A stretch of 64,000 nt of DNA from Chitinophagaceae bacterium (GCA_016721085.1 JADKJI010000002.1:83630-147629); one strand, 5' to 3'; shown: positions 20,278 through 30,380, counted from the stretch's first letter. Notes: a model not told the origin generated them from the sequence alone. Program-made: numbers and translations.

Positions 20278-21564
20278 ATGCTAAATAGAACCATTGCTCC
20301 TCCAATAACAGAACCAGTTAATTTTTCCATTAAAGTGCCTCCATGCGAGAAAATGATTCTCGAGAATGGTGTTGAAGTTTATATGGTGAATATGGGAACA
20401 GAAGATACCCTGCAGATCAATTGGGTGTTTTTTGCTGGAAATTGGTATGAAGAAAAAAAGACAGTTGCGGCATCCACCAATTATCTTTTGAAAAATGGTA
20501 CAACTTCACGTAATGCCTTTGAGATAAATGAGCATTTTGAATACTATGGTGCTTATTTGAACAGAAGTTGTTATACCGAAACTGCTGAAGTAACTCTACA
20601 TTGTTTATCAAAACATGTAAACAACCTGCTTCCAGCTGTTGCAGAATTATTTACAGACGCTACCTTCCCACAAGAGGAAAGAGATACTTATGTACAGAAC
20701 TCTAAGCAGCGTTTGAAAGTTGGCTTGCAAAAAAGTGATTTTGTTGCAGGCAGACTTATTGATGCGCGATTGTTTGGTGAAGCGCACCCTTATGGAAAAT
20801 ATAATATGCCGGAAGATTATGATCAGTTGTTGTGTGAGGATATGCGGTCGTTTTATGATGCACATTATAAAAATGGGCATTGTATCGTTTTTATTGCGGG
20901 AAGGATTCCAGATGATCTGCCTGCTGAAATTGAAAAAACATTCGGACAGTTGCCATGGCAATCGCACCGTTTACATAGTACAGAGAAAAGTCATATTGTA
21001 ACACCATCTTTCGAGCAGAAATCTTTAGTAACTATCGATCCGAATGGAGTGCAGGCAGCAATAAGAATTGCTCGCCCCTTCCCCAACAGACATCACCCCG
21101 ATTTCATGAAAGCGATGGTATTGAACAATGTGTTTGGTGGATTTTTCGGATCAAGGCTTATGGCCAATATCAGGGAAGATAAAGGCTATACTTATGGTAT
21201 ATATAGTTATCTAATGAATCATATTCACGAGAGTGGATGGATGATTAGTACAGAAGCAGGACGAGATGTGAGTCAGGCTACCATTGATGAAGTATATAAG
21301 GAAATGGAATTACTGCGTGAGGAACCCATTGATGAAGAGGAATTACAGATTGTTCGCAACTATATGATTGGAACCATTTTAGGCGATCTGGATGGTCCCT
21401 TCCAGGTAATAGCCAGATGGAGAAACCTGATACTTAACAAACTCGACGAAGATTATTTTTATAGAAGTCTTGATGTGATAAAAACCGTATCTGCAGAAGA
21501 ATTACAAGAGCTTTCCCGCAAATACCTGAAGCCGGAAGAGTTTTATGAATTGGTTGTAATTTGA
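20278..21564 (+). CDS. M16 family peptidase, non-catalytic partner (no HxxEH)
   Basis: M16-like length and layout, directly downstream of the catalytic paralogue. No HxxEH motif is visible. Confidence 0.8.
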   Translation: MLNRTIAPPITEPVNFSIKVPPCEKMILENGVEVYMVNMGTEDTLQINWVFFAGNWYEEKKTVAASTNYLLKNGTTSRNAFEINEHFEYYGAYLNRSCYTETAEVTLHCLSKHVNNLLPAVAELFTDATFPQEERDTYVQNSKQRLKVGLQKSDFVAGRLIDARLFGEAHPYGKYNMPEDYDQLLCEDMRSFYDAHYKNGHCIVFIAGRIPDDLPAEIEKTFGQLPWQSHRLHSTEKSHIVTPSFEQKSLVTIDPNGVQAAIRIARPFPNRHHPDFMKAMVLNNVFGGFFGSRLMANIREDKGYTYGIYSYLMNHIHESGWMISTEAGRDVSQATIDEVYKEMELLREEPIDEEELQIVRNYMIGTILGDLDGPFQVIARWRNLILNKLDEDYFYRSLDVIKTVSAEELQELSRKYLKPEEFYELVVI

Positions 21565-21609
21565 TGGAGCATCAGTTGCAATGCAGTAACTTGTACTAAA
21601 ATTCTCGGT

Positions 21610-21969
21610 ATGAAATTCATTATGCGCATCATAGTCACTTCTATCATCGCCTATGGATTATCTAAGATACTCTCAGGTATTCATGTGATAGATTTCTGGA
21701 CAGCTATTGCATTGGCTGTTGTGTTGGCAATATTGAATGCTATTGTAAAGCCAATTTTTATTATTCTAACCCTTCCAATAACTCTAATTACATTCGGTCT
21801 GTTTCTTTTTGTAATTAATGCGGGTATTATTCTGCTTGCAGATAAATTACTTGATGGATTCAGTGTTGATGGATTCTGGTGGGCGCTTTTATTCAGCCTA
21901 TTGCTTTCGGTGGTTACTTCGGTTTTGTATAAGGAAGATAACAATCAAAAAGGCAAAGCTGTAGAATAA
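21610..21969 (+). CDS. DUF360 / phage-holin-family-4-like four-TM membrane protein
   Basis: Four hydrophobic helices. The pattern FWTAIALAVVLAILNAIVKPIFIILTLPITLITFGLFLFVINAGIILLADKLL is typical of this family. Confidence 0.75.
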   Translation: MKFIMRIIVTSIIAYGLSKILSGIHVIDFWTAIALAVVLAILNAIVKPIFIILTLPITLITFGLFLFVINAGIILLADKLLDGFSVDGFWWALLFSLLLSVVTSVLYKEDNNQKGKAVE

Positions 21970-22031
21970 TATAGCTATTTCCTTCTTATTCATTTTACTT
22001 TATCTTTAGGTACTAATTATCCATTGTACTT

Positions 22032-24023
22032 ATGTTATTCGAAAGAAAAGATTTATCTGATGAGCAATTGCTGCAATTTTATCGCCACTTGCTTTGGCCC
22101 CGGATGATTGAAGAGAAGATGCTTGTCTTGCTTCGTCAGGGTAAAATAAGTAAATGGTTTAGTGGCATTGGTCAGGAAGCGATTGCGGTAGGTGCTGCTT
22201 TAGCTTTAGAAGAAGACGAATGGATAATGCCTTTACACCGGAACCTCGGTGTTTTCACTACTCGAAATATGCCATTATACAGATTGTTCCAGCAATGGCA
22301 GGGAGCCAGGGAAGGATATAGTAAGGCAAGGGAAAGAAGCTTCCATTTCGGTACTCGCGAGCATCATATTTGTGGCATGATTTCTCACCTTGGCCCACAA
22401 CTGGCTATAGCCGACGGAATAGCCTTAGCAAATAAACTTCGAAAAGATAATAAGGTAGCACTCGCTTTCAGTGGCGATGGTGGAACCAGTGAAGGAGATT
22501 TTCATGAAGCGTTGAATACCGCTGCAGTGTGGGATCTGCCTGTAATATTTGTAATCGAAAATAACGGATATGGATTAAGCACTCCGGTTAATGAACAATA
22601 CCGTTGTGATAGTCTTGTTGAAAAAGCTATTGGTTATGGTATGCAGGGAGTGAAAATTGATGGCAACAATCTTCTTACTGTTTATGATACCATCAAAGGT
22701 GTTAGGCAATATTGTATAGAACATCAGAAGCCTTATTTCATTGAGTGTATGACATTTCGGATGAGAGGACATGAAGAAGCGAGTGGTACTAAGTATGTTC
22801 CCAAGCATTTATTTGAGATATGGGACCAGAAAGATCCTGTAGCCAATTTTGAAAAGTATCTCATCTCGCAGAATTTACTTACAGATGTTTCTATAGAAAA
22901 TATTCGAGCTGAATTCAAGGAAAAGATCGAAAGTGAATTAGCCTTAGGTTTTGATACGGCAGAAGTGATTGCAGATACTGAAGAAGAACTGTCTGATGTA
23001 TTTGCGAAAGATGAGCGTAGGAATGTTGAAGTGTTACGTAACTATTCAAAAGAAGGAGCTACTGAAAAAAGGATTATCGATGCCATCAGTGAAGGACTTA
23101 GGCAATCAATGCAACAGCATCCTAATCTGATATTGATGGGACAAGATATTGCAGAGTACGGTGGTGCATTTAAGATTACTGAAGGATTTGTTGCAGAGTT
23201 TGGAAAGGAGCGGGTAAGGAATACTCCTTTATGTGAAAGTGCTATTGTGGGAGCAGCATTGGGATTGAGTCTTGAAGGGTATAAGAGTATGATGGAAATG
23301 CAGTTTGCTGATTTCGTAACTGTAGGGTTCAACCAGATAGTAAACAATCTAGCCAAGATATATTATCGGTGGGGACAAAATGCCGATGTGGTGATTCGTA
23401 TGCCAACGGGTGGTGGAGTAGGAGCGGGTCCATTTCATAGTCAAAGTAATGAAGCTTGGTTTACCCATGTACCGGGATTGAAAGTGGTATACCCTTCCAC
23501 TCCTGAAGATGCAAAGGGTTTGATGATAGCAGCGATCAATGATCCGAATCCGGTTTTGTTTTTCGAGCATAAGGCATTGTATAGAAGTATAAGCGGTCCA
23601 GTTCCTTCGGATTATTATGAAATTGAAATTGGGAAGGCTCGTATTGAGCAGGAAGGAGAGGATATTACAATTATAACTTACGGAAGTGGGGTTCATTGGG
23701 CAAAGGAGTATGCTGTGTCGCATCCTGAGCATTCCATATATATATTGGATTTGCGAACCTTGGCGCCATTGGATTATGATGCAATTCGTAAGGCAGTTAC
23801 AGCAACGGGAAAGGTGATTTTATTGCACGAGGATACATTGACTGGTGGAATAGGGGGAGAGATAGCTGCCTGGATAGGCGAGCATTGTTTTGAGAAATTA
23901 GATGCACCGGTTATGCGATGTGCTTCTTTAGATACGCCGATACCATTTAATTTGGAGTTGGAAAGGAATTTTATGGCGAAGTCGAGGTTAGGGGATGTGG
24001 TGAAGAAATTGGTGGAGTATTAG
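22032..24023 (+). CDS. fused alpha/beta E1 component of a 2-oxoacid (branched-chain type) dehydrogenase, TPP-dependent
   Basis: The alpha part carries the TPP motif GDGGTSEGDFHEALNTAAVWDLPVIFVIENNGYG. The beta part (MGQDIAEYGGAFKITEG ... FADF) is in the same 663-aa ORF. Confidence 0.9.
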   Translation: MLFERKDLSDEQLLQFYRHLLWPRMIEEKMLVLLRQGKISKWFSGIGQEAIAVGAALALEEDEWIMPLHRNLGVFTTRNMPLYRLFQQWQGAREGYSKARERSFHFGTREHHICGMISHLGPQLAIADGIALANKLRKDNKVALAFSGDGGTSEGDFHEALNTAAVWDLPVIFVIENNGYGLSTPVNEQYRCDSLVEKAIGYGMQGVKIDGNNLLTVYDTIKGVRQYCIEHQKPYFIECMTFRMRGHEEASGTKYVPKHLFEIWDQKDPVANFEKYLISQNLLTDVSIENIRAEFKEKIESELALGFDTAEVIADTEEELSDVFAKDERRNVEVLRNYSKEGATEKRIIDAISEGLRQSMQQHPNLILMGQDIAEYGGAFKITEGFVAEFGKERVRNTPLCESAIVGAALGLSLEGYKSMMEMQFADFVTVGFNQIVNNLAKIYYRWGQNADVVIRMPTGGGVGAGPFHSQSNEAWFTHVPGLKVVYPSTPEDAKGLMIAAINDPNPVLFFEHKALYRSISGPVPSDYYEIEIGKARIEQEGEDITIITYGSGVHWAKEYAVSHPEHSIYILDLRTLAPLDYDAIRKAVTATGKVILLHEDTLTGGIGGEIAAWIGEHCFEKLDAPVMRCASLDTPIPFNLELERNFMAKSRLGDVVKKLVEY

Positions 24024-24026
24024 GGG

Positions 24027-24132
24027 GTTGTGTTTTACAACTACGGATGCCATCCTACCCCCCGGATGCCATCCTGGGGGGTGGATGGCATCCTATACCC
24101 AAGATGACATCCGGGGGGTAGGATGACATCCT
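24027..24132. repeat. REPIN-A cluster, copy 1 (GTTGTGTTTTACAAC mini-hairpin plus five GGATGNCATCC units separated by C6/G6 runs)
   Basis: Read directly from the sequence. It lies between the E1 stop (24023) and the stop of the HUH transposase gene (24139). Alternating inverted units give 17-19-bp stems. Confidence 0.85.
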
Positions 24133-24138
24133 GAAATA

Positions 24139-24747
24139 TCACTCAATACTGAATTTAAATTCGGTATAATGCGATAACTGCGCTTGATGTTCCTTGAAAA
24201 AGTTCTCTTTTCCTCCAAAAAGTTGAAACACTTTTTCTTTATTAATGATTGTGGGTAAATTATGTAGGAAATCCTGGTAAGAGCTGTAGGGATAGTCCTC
24301 CAGTTTATTAGTTAAGCCATGGTGTACATGATTCCAGTTAGTATACAATACCATCCTTTTCATATACTCTTCATCTACAACTTCGATATCTTTAAAAGGT
24401 GAACTGAAAAGTCCGCCATGCCTTTCGTATTTTATATTCATCCATCCCGTATGTGAAATAAATAGACTTCTTAAAGCTTCAGTCAGGAATTCATCAACAG
24501 TATCAAACTCCAATTTTTTTACTGCTTCATCTATTTCTTTAACCTGTAAGAAAAAATGGAAGTGATTAGGTATAAGGTTGTAGGAAAAGAAGTCTACATA
24601 TTTCGATAGATACTCTTCCGTCTTAAAAAGGAATCTATTGTAATCTTGAGTGGCCTGGAACAATTGGAGTTTGGAATGAGCCCTGTTATAGACGTGATAG
24701 TACTTTCCACTTTCGAATGGCGCCTGATATTTCTTATTTATTGGCAT
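24139..24747 (-). CDS. HUH/Y1 tyrosine transposase family protein, REP-associated (RAYT-like)
   Basis: YHVYNRA near the N-terminus, HUH triad in IPNHFHFFLQV, and C-terminal LYTNWNHVHHGL..YPYSSY carrying the candidate catalytic Tyr. No tnpB partner is present. REPIN-A clusters flank it on both sides. Confidence 0.75.
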   Translation of the reverse strand: MPINKKYQAPFESGKYYHVYNRAHSKLQLFQATQDYNRFLFKTEEYLSKYVDFFSYNLIPNHFHFFLQVKEIDEAVKKLEFDTVDEFLTEALRSLFISHTGWMNIKYERHGGLFSSPFKDIEVVDEEYMKRMVLYTNWNHVHHGLTNKLEDYPYSSYQDFLHNLPTIINKEKVFQLFGGKENFFKEHQAQLSHYTEFKFSIE

Positions 24748-24821
24748 AAGGTCTAAATTTTTTAGACCTCAAAGCTATAACGGTTATGCGAATGCTAAAG
24801 TAGGTTTAGTAGTGGGACACA

Positions 24822-24890
24822 AGTTGTGTTTTACAACTAGGGATGCCATCCTACCCCCGGATGGCATCCTGGGGGTAAGATGACATCTCC
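24822..24890. repeat. REPIN-A cluster, copy 2
   Basis: AGTTGTGTTTTACAACT followed by GGATGCCATCC-TACCCCC-GGATGGCATCC-TGGGGGTA-AGATGACATCT. It ends on the first base of the stop codon of the 24890-25717 gene. Confidence 0.85.
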
Positions 24891-25717
24891 TATCGAATCG
24901 ATTTTAAAAACGCCCAACTCACCGGGACTTGCTCCACAGATCTCGACGACTCATCTTCAATAAACATATAAGCCACTTTCTGCTTTCTCCCTATACGTAC
25001 AATTTCAGCAATATCAATATCTCCTATTCCCAATGTACAGTTGCTTTCAACATCGGCCTGACCGTTTACACTACCAGGTGTTCCCTTAGCTCTGTCTTTT
25101 AAATGCATAAGCTTAAATCTGCCCGGATATTTTTTTAGAAGTGTTACAGGATCCTGCCCGGGTTGCTTTATCCAGAATACATCCATCTCAAAATTGATAT
25201 AAGCTGGATTTGATTTTTTTAAAAGATAATCAAACACTGTTCCTTCACCTATTTTATCAAATTCGAATCCATGCGGATGGTAACAAAGTTTTAATCCTTT
25301 TGCAGCTAATTGCTTTCCGGCTTTGTTGAAGACCAGAATTGCTTTATCTGCTTCTTCTTTTGTAAGTTGTTCCCCTTTGTGTGGTATCCAAAAACAAACC
25401 ACGAACTTTGCACCATAGGCTTTCGCTTTTTCTGCAACTGCAGCAATGGAGGTATCTAATTCATTATAATCCGCTCCAATACTCACAACGCTAATCTTAT
25501 TTTTAGCCAGTAAGTTCCTGAATTCAGGACCCGGCATTCCATAGGAATCGCCACCTTCAACATACCTGATTCCTGTTTTTTGGATAAAAGCTAATGTGCC
25601 TGGTATATCCTTTTTAAACTGGTCACGGAGACTATATAACTGTATCCCAAATTGTGATTGGGAAATAGCAAAAGATGATACCACTACCAATAAGGCAATA
25701 AGAGTGACTTTTTTCAT
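24890..25717 (-). CDS. secreted sugar-phosphate isomerase/epimerase-type (xylose isomerase-like) TIM-barrel protein
   Basis: Signal peptide MKKVTLIALLVVVSSFAISQ. The layout (QLYSLRD ... CYHPHGFEF ... MHLKD ... FIEDES) is typical of the AP endonuclease 2 / xylose isomerase-like fold family. Confidence 0.7.
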   Translation of the reverse strand: MKKVTLIALLVVVSSFAISQSQFGIQLYSLRDQFKKDIPGTLAFIQKTGIRYVEGGDSYGMPGPEFRNLLAKNKISVVSIGADYNELDTSIAAVAEKAKAYGAKFVVCFWIPHKGEQLTKEEADKAILVFNKAGKQLAAKGLKLCYHPHGFEFDKIGEGTVFDYLLKKSNPAYINFEMDVFWIKQPGQDPVTLLKKYPGRFKLMHLKDRAKGTPGSVNGQADVESNCTLGIGDIDIAEIVRIGRKQKVAYMFIEDESSRSVEQVPVSWAFLKSIR

Positions 25718-25855
25718 ATTAATACGATTTCAATGACTACTAATATAAACTAATTATTCTGTATGATGATGGAAATACATAACTTCAGATAGCTATCCTT
25801 AACCCGCCAGACTCGTCACTGATTTCAAATATCGATAACACATAAAACTTCTGCT

Positions 25856-27436
25856 TTGAAACTGATAATTGCATCCATATGTATCTGTGGATTTCTATAT
25901 TCCTGTTCTCCTGCAACTAGTACAAAAGATACCTCGATAACTACTTATGACAGTAATTTCAAAGCAGCCGGTTTTACTGATGCAAATCGATTAGAAAGAA
26001 TTAAGAATGCCGCTCCCATAATAGATAGCTTGTTTAAAGCAACAGCTATTAAAAATCATTTCCCTGGTCTGGCTTTTGGAATTGTCGTCGATGGACAGTT
26101 AGTCTATACCGGCAATTTTGGATATACAGATATCGCTAAAAAAATCCCCGTTACTTCTTCTTCCTTATTCCGCATTGCATCAATGAGCAAAAGTTTTACC
26201 GCAATGGCTATATTAAAGTTGAGGGATGAAGGAAAGCTACAGCTCGATGAGCCTGCAGAAAACTATATTCCTGCAATGAAAAAATTGAAGTATCCAACAT
26301 CGGATGCTCCATTAATAACAATCCGTCATTTATTAACTCATGGTGCAGGTTTTCCGGAAGATAATCCATGGGGCGATAGACAATTGGCTGATTCAGATGA
26401 TGAGTTAGTAGCTCTTCTTGAAAAGCAAGTGTCATTTTCTAATCCTCCAGGCATAGAATTCGAATATAGTAATCTTGGTTTTGCATTGTTAGGCAGGATA
26501 GTGACGGTAGTTTCTGGCAAACCCTATCAACAGTATATTAAAGAAAGTATTTGGGAGCCATTAGGAATGAAAACTTCCGAATGGGAATATGCTAATATTG
26601 CTCCGGATAAATTAGCTCATGGCTATCGCTGGTTGAATGAAACATGGAATGAAGAAACATTGTTACATGATAAGGCCGATGGTTCCTGGGGTGCTATGGG
26701 AGGAATGATAAGTTCCATTGATGAGTTCAGTAAATATATGGCGCTGCATCTTTCTTCATGGCCTCCTTCGAATGCTCCCGACAACGGACCTGTTAAAAGA
26801 AGTTCTGTTCGCGAAATGCATCATCCCTGGCGTGTTAATGGAATGAATGTGAATTACAAGTATACAGATGGAAGATCTTGTCCAGTAGTAAGCGCCTATT
26901 GTTATGGACTGGGTTGGATGCGCGATTGTGATGGCAGAGAATACATTTCACACAGTGGAGGCCTACCTGGGTTTGGAAGCCAGTGGCGTATACTTCCTGA
27001 TTATGGTATCGGTGTAGTGGCATTTGCCAATCGCACTTATGCAAATGTTGGACAAGTGAATATGCAGGTACTTGATACTCTCATTAAACTTGCTCAATTG
27101 AAACCTAGAGAGCTTCCTTCATCAGCGATATTGGAAAAAAGAAAGAATGAATTAGTGAAGTTATTACCAGATTGGAAAAGTGCTGAGCAATCTGGCATAT
27201 TTGCAGAGAACTTCTTTCCGGATTATCCGATTGATACACTAAAGAAATACGCACAAGAGCTTTATTTGAAAGCTGGAAATATAAAGGGCGTACATCAAGT
27301 GAAAGCCGAGAATCAACTTCGCGGATCGTTTATAATTGAAGGTGAAAAAGCAAATATCGAGATCTATTTCACCCTTTCACCGGAAAATCCTGCACTTATT
27401 CAGGAGTATCATATTACGGAAGCAGTCAAGAAGTAA
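25856..27436 (+). CDS. S12-family (class-C beta-lactamase fold) serine hydrolase, lipoprotein
   Basis: Lipobox-like LYSC. SxxK motif as SMSK, Y-x-N as YSN (FEYSNLGF), third motif HSGG. There is an extra C-terminal domain of about 130 aa. The ORF track uses a TTG start. Confidence 0.85.
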   Translation: MKLIIASICICGFLYSCSPATSTKDTSITTYDSNFKAAGFTDANRLERIKNAAPIIDSLFKATAIKNHFPGLAFGIVVDGQLVYTGNFGYTDIAKKIPVTSSSLFRIASMSKSFTAMAILKLRDEGKLQLDEPAENYIPAMKKLKYPTSDAPLITIRHLLTHGAGFPEDNPWGDRQLADSDDELVALLEKQVSFSNPPGIEFEYSNLGFALLGRIVTVVSGKPYQQYIKESIWEPLGMKTSEWEYANIAPDKLAHGYRWLNETWNEETLLHDKADGSWGAMGGMISSIDEFSKYMALHLSSWPPSNAPDNGPVKRSSVREMHHPWRVNGMNVNYKYTDGRSCPVVSAYCYGLGWMRDCDGREYISHSGGLPGFGSQWRILPDYGIGVVAFANRTYANVGQVNMQVLDTLIKLAQLKPRELPSSAILEKRKNELVKLLPDWKSAEQSGIFAENFFPDYPIDTLKKYAQELYLKAGNIKGVHQVKAENQLRGSFIIEGEKANIEIYFTLSPENPALIQEYHITEAVKK

Positions 27437-27460
27437 TATTTATTAGTTGCCAGCACTAGT

Positions 27461-28527
27461 TCAATGCCAACAAATCTCTTCTGCTTTGGTTATGATATTT
27501 TGAAAATTGGCATGTGCATTATTGCATAGTATGATAATTGTTTTATTCTTCCCGATATTCCGGATTATTTGCGTTTTATAACCTGGATTATCTCCATTAT
27601 GCATTACAATTCTGCCGTAATAGGTATTGTCTGGAAGATCCCAACCAAAGCCATAATGAGAAAAAGTACCATCTTTTAATCTCTGGGAACTGAATGCTTC
27701 TTCAAGAGTGTTAGCACTAACTAATCTACCTGTATATAATGCCTGATCCCACTTCAATAAATCAGATGCTGTAGAGCTGATTCTTCCGGGTCCTTTACGA
27801 TTTCCCAACCAGATAGTATAATTGGAGGAAGGGAATGAATCGGCTCTTACATATTCTTTTCTTTCAGAAACCATTATATGTCCAATTGCGAAATTCTTTA
27901 TTGCAGCTTTTTCAGATAAGGATCTGATATCTGTGTTTTGCATTTGAAGTGGTTTGAAAATCCACTCCTGCATATTGCAATAAAATCTTTTCCTGATGCT
28001 TTTCAGCAATGCTCGCTAATAAAACGTAGCCAGTATTGCTGTATTCATATTTTGTGCCTGGTTCAAATTGGGATAGAGGAGCATATTTATTCAGGTAGGC
28101 AATGATATCGTTGTTATTGGCCACCTTAGATTTATCCCAGTAACTATCCATCACTGCCTGATAGTCGGGGAGCCCACTGGTATGGGTTAGCAGTTGACGA
28201 ATTGTTATTCCTTTATAAGGGATGTTGAGATATTTTTCTACCAGATCATCAAAACCCAATTTGCCTTTATCTTTTAGCATCATTATGATCATGGCGGTAA
28301 ACTGTTTTGATACTGATGCCAGTTCAAATATGTCAGTTTTTTCGAGAGGAACTTTTGTGCAAATTCTCGATAGCCGAATGATTTGTAATAAACAGGGTCC
28401 CCTTTTCTGCTACCAGAACAACGCCGCTGAAATCTTTTTGGGATTGAATGAGGGAGTCTAATCGAACTTGTAAGTTGGATTGAGCAGTTGCGAAAATTGG
28501 TAAGAATAGAAATAAGATTTGTTTCAT
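27461..28527 (-). pseudogene. S12-family serine hydrolase pseudogene (multiple frameshifts)
   Basis: Three ORF fragments (28333-28527, 27912-28292, 27461-28009) together cover one S12 protein. The signal peptide, SVSK, YSN and HNG motifs are all present but sit in different frames. The segments PVYYKSFGYREFAQK and ASGKDFI are only readable in yet other frames. Confidence 0.8.
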
Positions 28528-28530
28528 ACT

Positions 28531-28599
28531 AGTTGTATTTTACAAGGGGAGATGTCATCTTACCCCCAAGATGACATCTTGGGGGTAAGATGACATCTC
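28531..28599. repeat. REPIN-A cluster, copy 3 (degenerate AGATGNCATCT variant)
   Basis: AGTTGTATTTTACAAGG followed by three AGATG(T/A)CATCT units with C5/G5 runs. It lies between the pseudogene start (28527) and the stop at 28608. Confidence 0.8.
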
Positions 28600-28607
28600 G
28601 AATTTCG

Positions 28608-30257
28608 CTATTTTATTTTCCTGAACAGTAAATGCTGAACCCTGCCACTATTTACCTCAAAACCAGTAACAATCCCCTTCTTATTTCTGATAAATCGAAT
28701 ATGGTCCATCCACCAGGTATCATTTTTGAATTGGTCAGGTGCTATTCTTATTAATTTGAAATCTGAGTGTTTCCTGTGTTGTAAGGTTAGTGTATCTTTT
28801 ACTTGTTCAATTGAATAATAAGATTCGGTTTCATCATTATAGTATTTCCCAATGTATTCTTTTGGATTCAGAGCAATTGGTGCTTTGGGCTGTCTATAAT
28901 AGGTTTGCCTGCCAATAGCATTTTCAATTACGAATTCATTTACCATTTCTTTCCCATTTAAATCTGTAAAATGAAAAGTAAGGCCTGTTATTTCGTAAGT
29001 GTTGTCATCAACCTTAAAAAGTGTTTGATTACTCGCAGTGTTTGGTTGGGAGTTTATTGTAACAAGAAATTTTCCTTTGCTAAAACTAAATCCGATTCGT
29101 TCTCCATTATAGGCATAATAGTCCCCAACCAGTTTTTTTAATATGGTGCTATCTGCTTTTTCTCTCTTTTCCTCTTTTATTGCTAACTCTTTTTTCGGAA
29201 GTAATACGTCGGCGATCAAGCTGTTTAAAAAACCGGTGGAAATAGTTGCGAGGTTGCTGAATATAATAATGCCGGTTTTCGCTTCGGGATAATAGCTCAA
29301 ATACGTTCTATAACCCGCATCAGCTCCGCCATGACTGATTTGCTTATACCCTTTATACTCATTAACTGCTAAGCCAAAAGCATAATCCAGTTTCTTGTTA
29401 TCATTTAGTATGCCAGTTGAGAACATTTTATTAATTAGGTCTTTCCCTCCCACTTGACCAGTTTCGAAATTGAGTAACCATTTTGCTTCATCTTCTACTG
29501 TAGTGAATAAGCTAGTTGCTCCAACAGTGGAATAGCTTAATACACTATGCCTGAAAACATTTTTTGGACCTGGATAATAGGAATAAGCTCGGTTCTTTAC
29601 GAGTTCCTGGTAGTTATCGTGAAAATGGGTATTACTCATTCCCAGCGGAAGGAAGATGTTCTTATTGCAATATTCACGCAATGACATACCGCTTATTTTC
29701 TTTACAATTTCACCCAGCAAGGTATAGCCGGTATTACAGTACATATACTGTTCGCCAGGAGTAAAATTCAATTCTTTTTGAGTCGACACCAGTTTGATTA
29801 CCTGGTCTTGAGTTATGACATCATCTAATTGCCAACCTGCAATTGCTAATAACTGCCATTGATCGCGAAGACCGCTGGTATGATTTATCAGATGTTGAAT
29901 AGTAATTTTTTTGCCGAAATCAGGTACATAATCCAGATATTTCCTGATATCATCGGTTAAGGATAGCTTTCCTTCCTTCTCAAGTAACAGGATACTGAAT
30001 GCAACCACCTGTTTTGAAAGGGAAGCAATATGGAATATTGTAGAAGAGGTAATCGGAATATCATATTCAAGGTTAGCGGTCCCATATCCGTTTTTAAAAA
30101 CCAATTGTCCGTTTTGGATTATGGCAACGGCAGCCCCGGGTGTTTTAGAGTTGTAGTTGCTGAAAATGCGGTCAATCTTTTTGGCTGTTGAATCTGGGAG
30201 TGTTTGAGCGAACAAACAAGCTGGAAAAAGCAAAAAGAGGATAAGTTTTGTAAACAT
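28608..30257 (-). CDS. S12-family serine hydrolase with about 180-aa C-terminal beta-rich domain
   Basis: Signal peptide. SLSK, Y-C-N (YMYCNTGY) and HGG motifs. The C-terminal extension resembles the lipocalin-like domains appended to Pab87/D-aminopeptidase-type S12 enzymes; that resemblance is an inference. Confidence 0.85.
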   Translation of the reverse strand: MFTKLILFLLFPACLFAQTLPDSTAKKIDRIFSNYNSKTPGAAVAIIQNGQLVFKNGYGTANLEYDIPITSSTIFHIASLSKQVVAFSILLLEKEGKLSLTDDIRKYLDYVPDFGKKITIQHLINHTSGLRDQWQLLAIAGWQLDDVITQDQVIKLVSTQKELNFTPGEQYMYCNTGYTLLGEIVKKISGMSLREYCNKNIFLPLGMSNTHFHDNYQELVKNRAYSYYPGPKNVFRHSVLSYSTVGATSLFTTVEDEAKWLLNFETGQVGGKDLINKMFSTGILNDNKKLDYAFGLAVNEYKGYKQISHGGADAGYRTYLSYYPEAKTGIIIFSNLATISTGFLNSLIADVLLPKKELAIKEEKREKADSTILKKLVGDYYAYNGERIGFSFSKGKFLVTINSQPNTASNQTLFKVDDNTYEITGLTFHFTDLNGKEMVNEFVIENAIGRQTYYRQPKAPIALNPKEYIGKYYNDETESYYSIEQVKDTLTLQHRKHSDFKLIRIAPDQFKNDTWWMDHIRFIRNKKGIVTGFEVNSGRVQHLLFRKIK

Positions 30258-30270
30258 ATTGTTTGTTACT

Positions 30271-30372
30271 AGTTGTTTTTTACAATTGCGGATGCCATCC
30301 TACCCCCCGGATGTCATCCTGGGGGGTGGATGGCACCCAGGATGACATCCGGGGGGTAGGATGGCATCCGCA
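30271..30372. repeat. REPIN-A cluster, copy 4
   Basis: AGTTGTTTTTTACAATT followed by five GGATGNCA(T/C)CC units with C6/G6 runs. It lies between the start at 30257 and the amidase stop at 30381. Confidence 0.85.
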
Positions 30373-30380
30373 AAGGCCCC

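Noticed and set aside
21610-21969. A holin-family gene as evidence of a prophage.
   Set aside because: It is an isolated DUF360-type membrane gene between housekeeping genes, with no lysin, capsid, terminase or integrase nearby.
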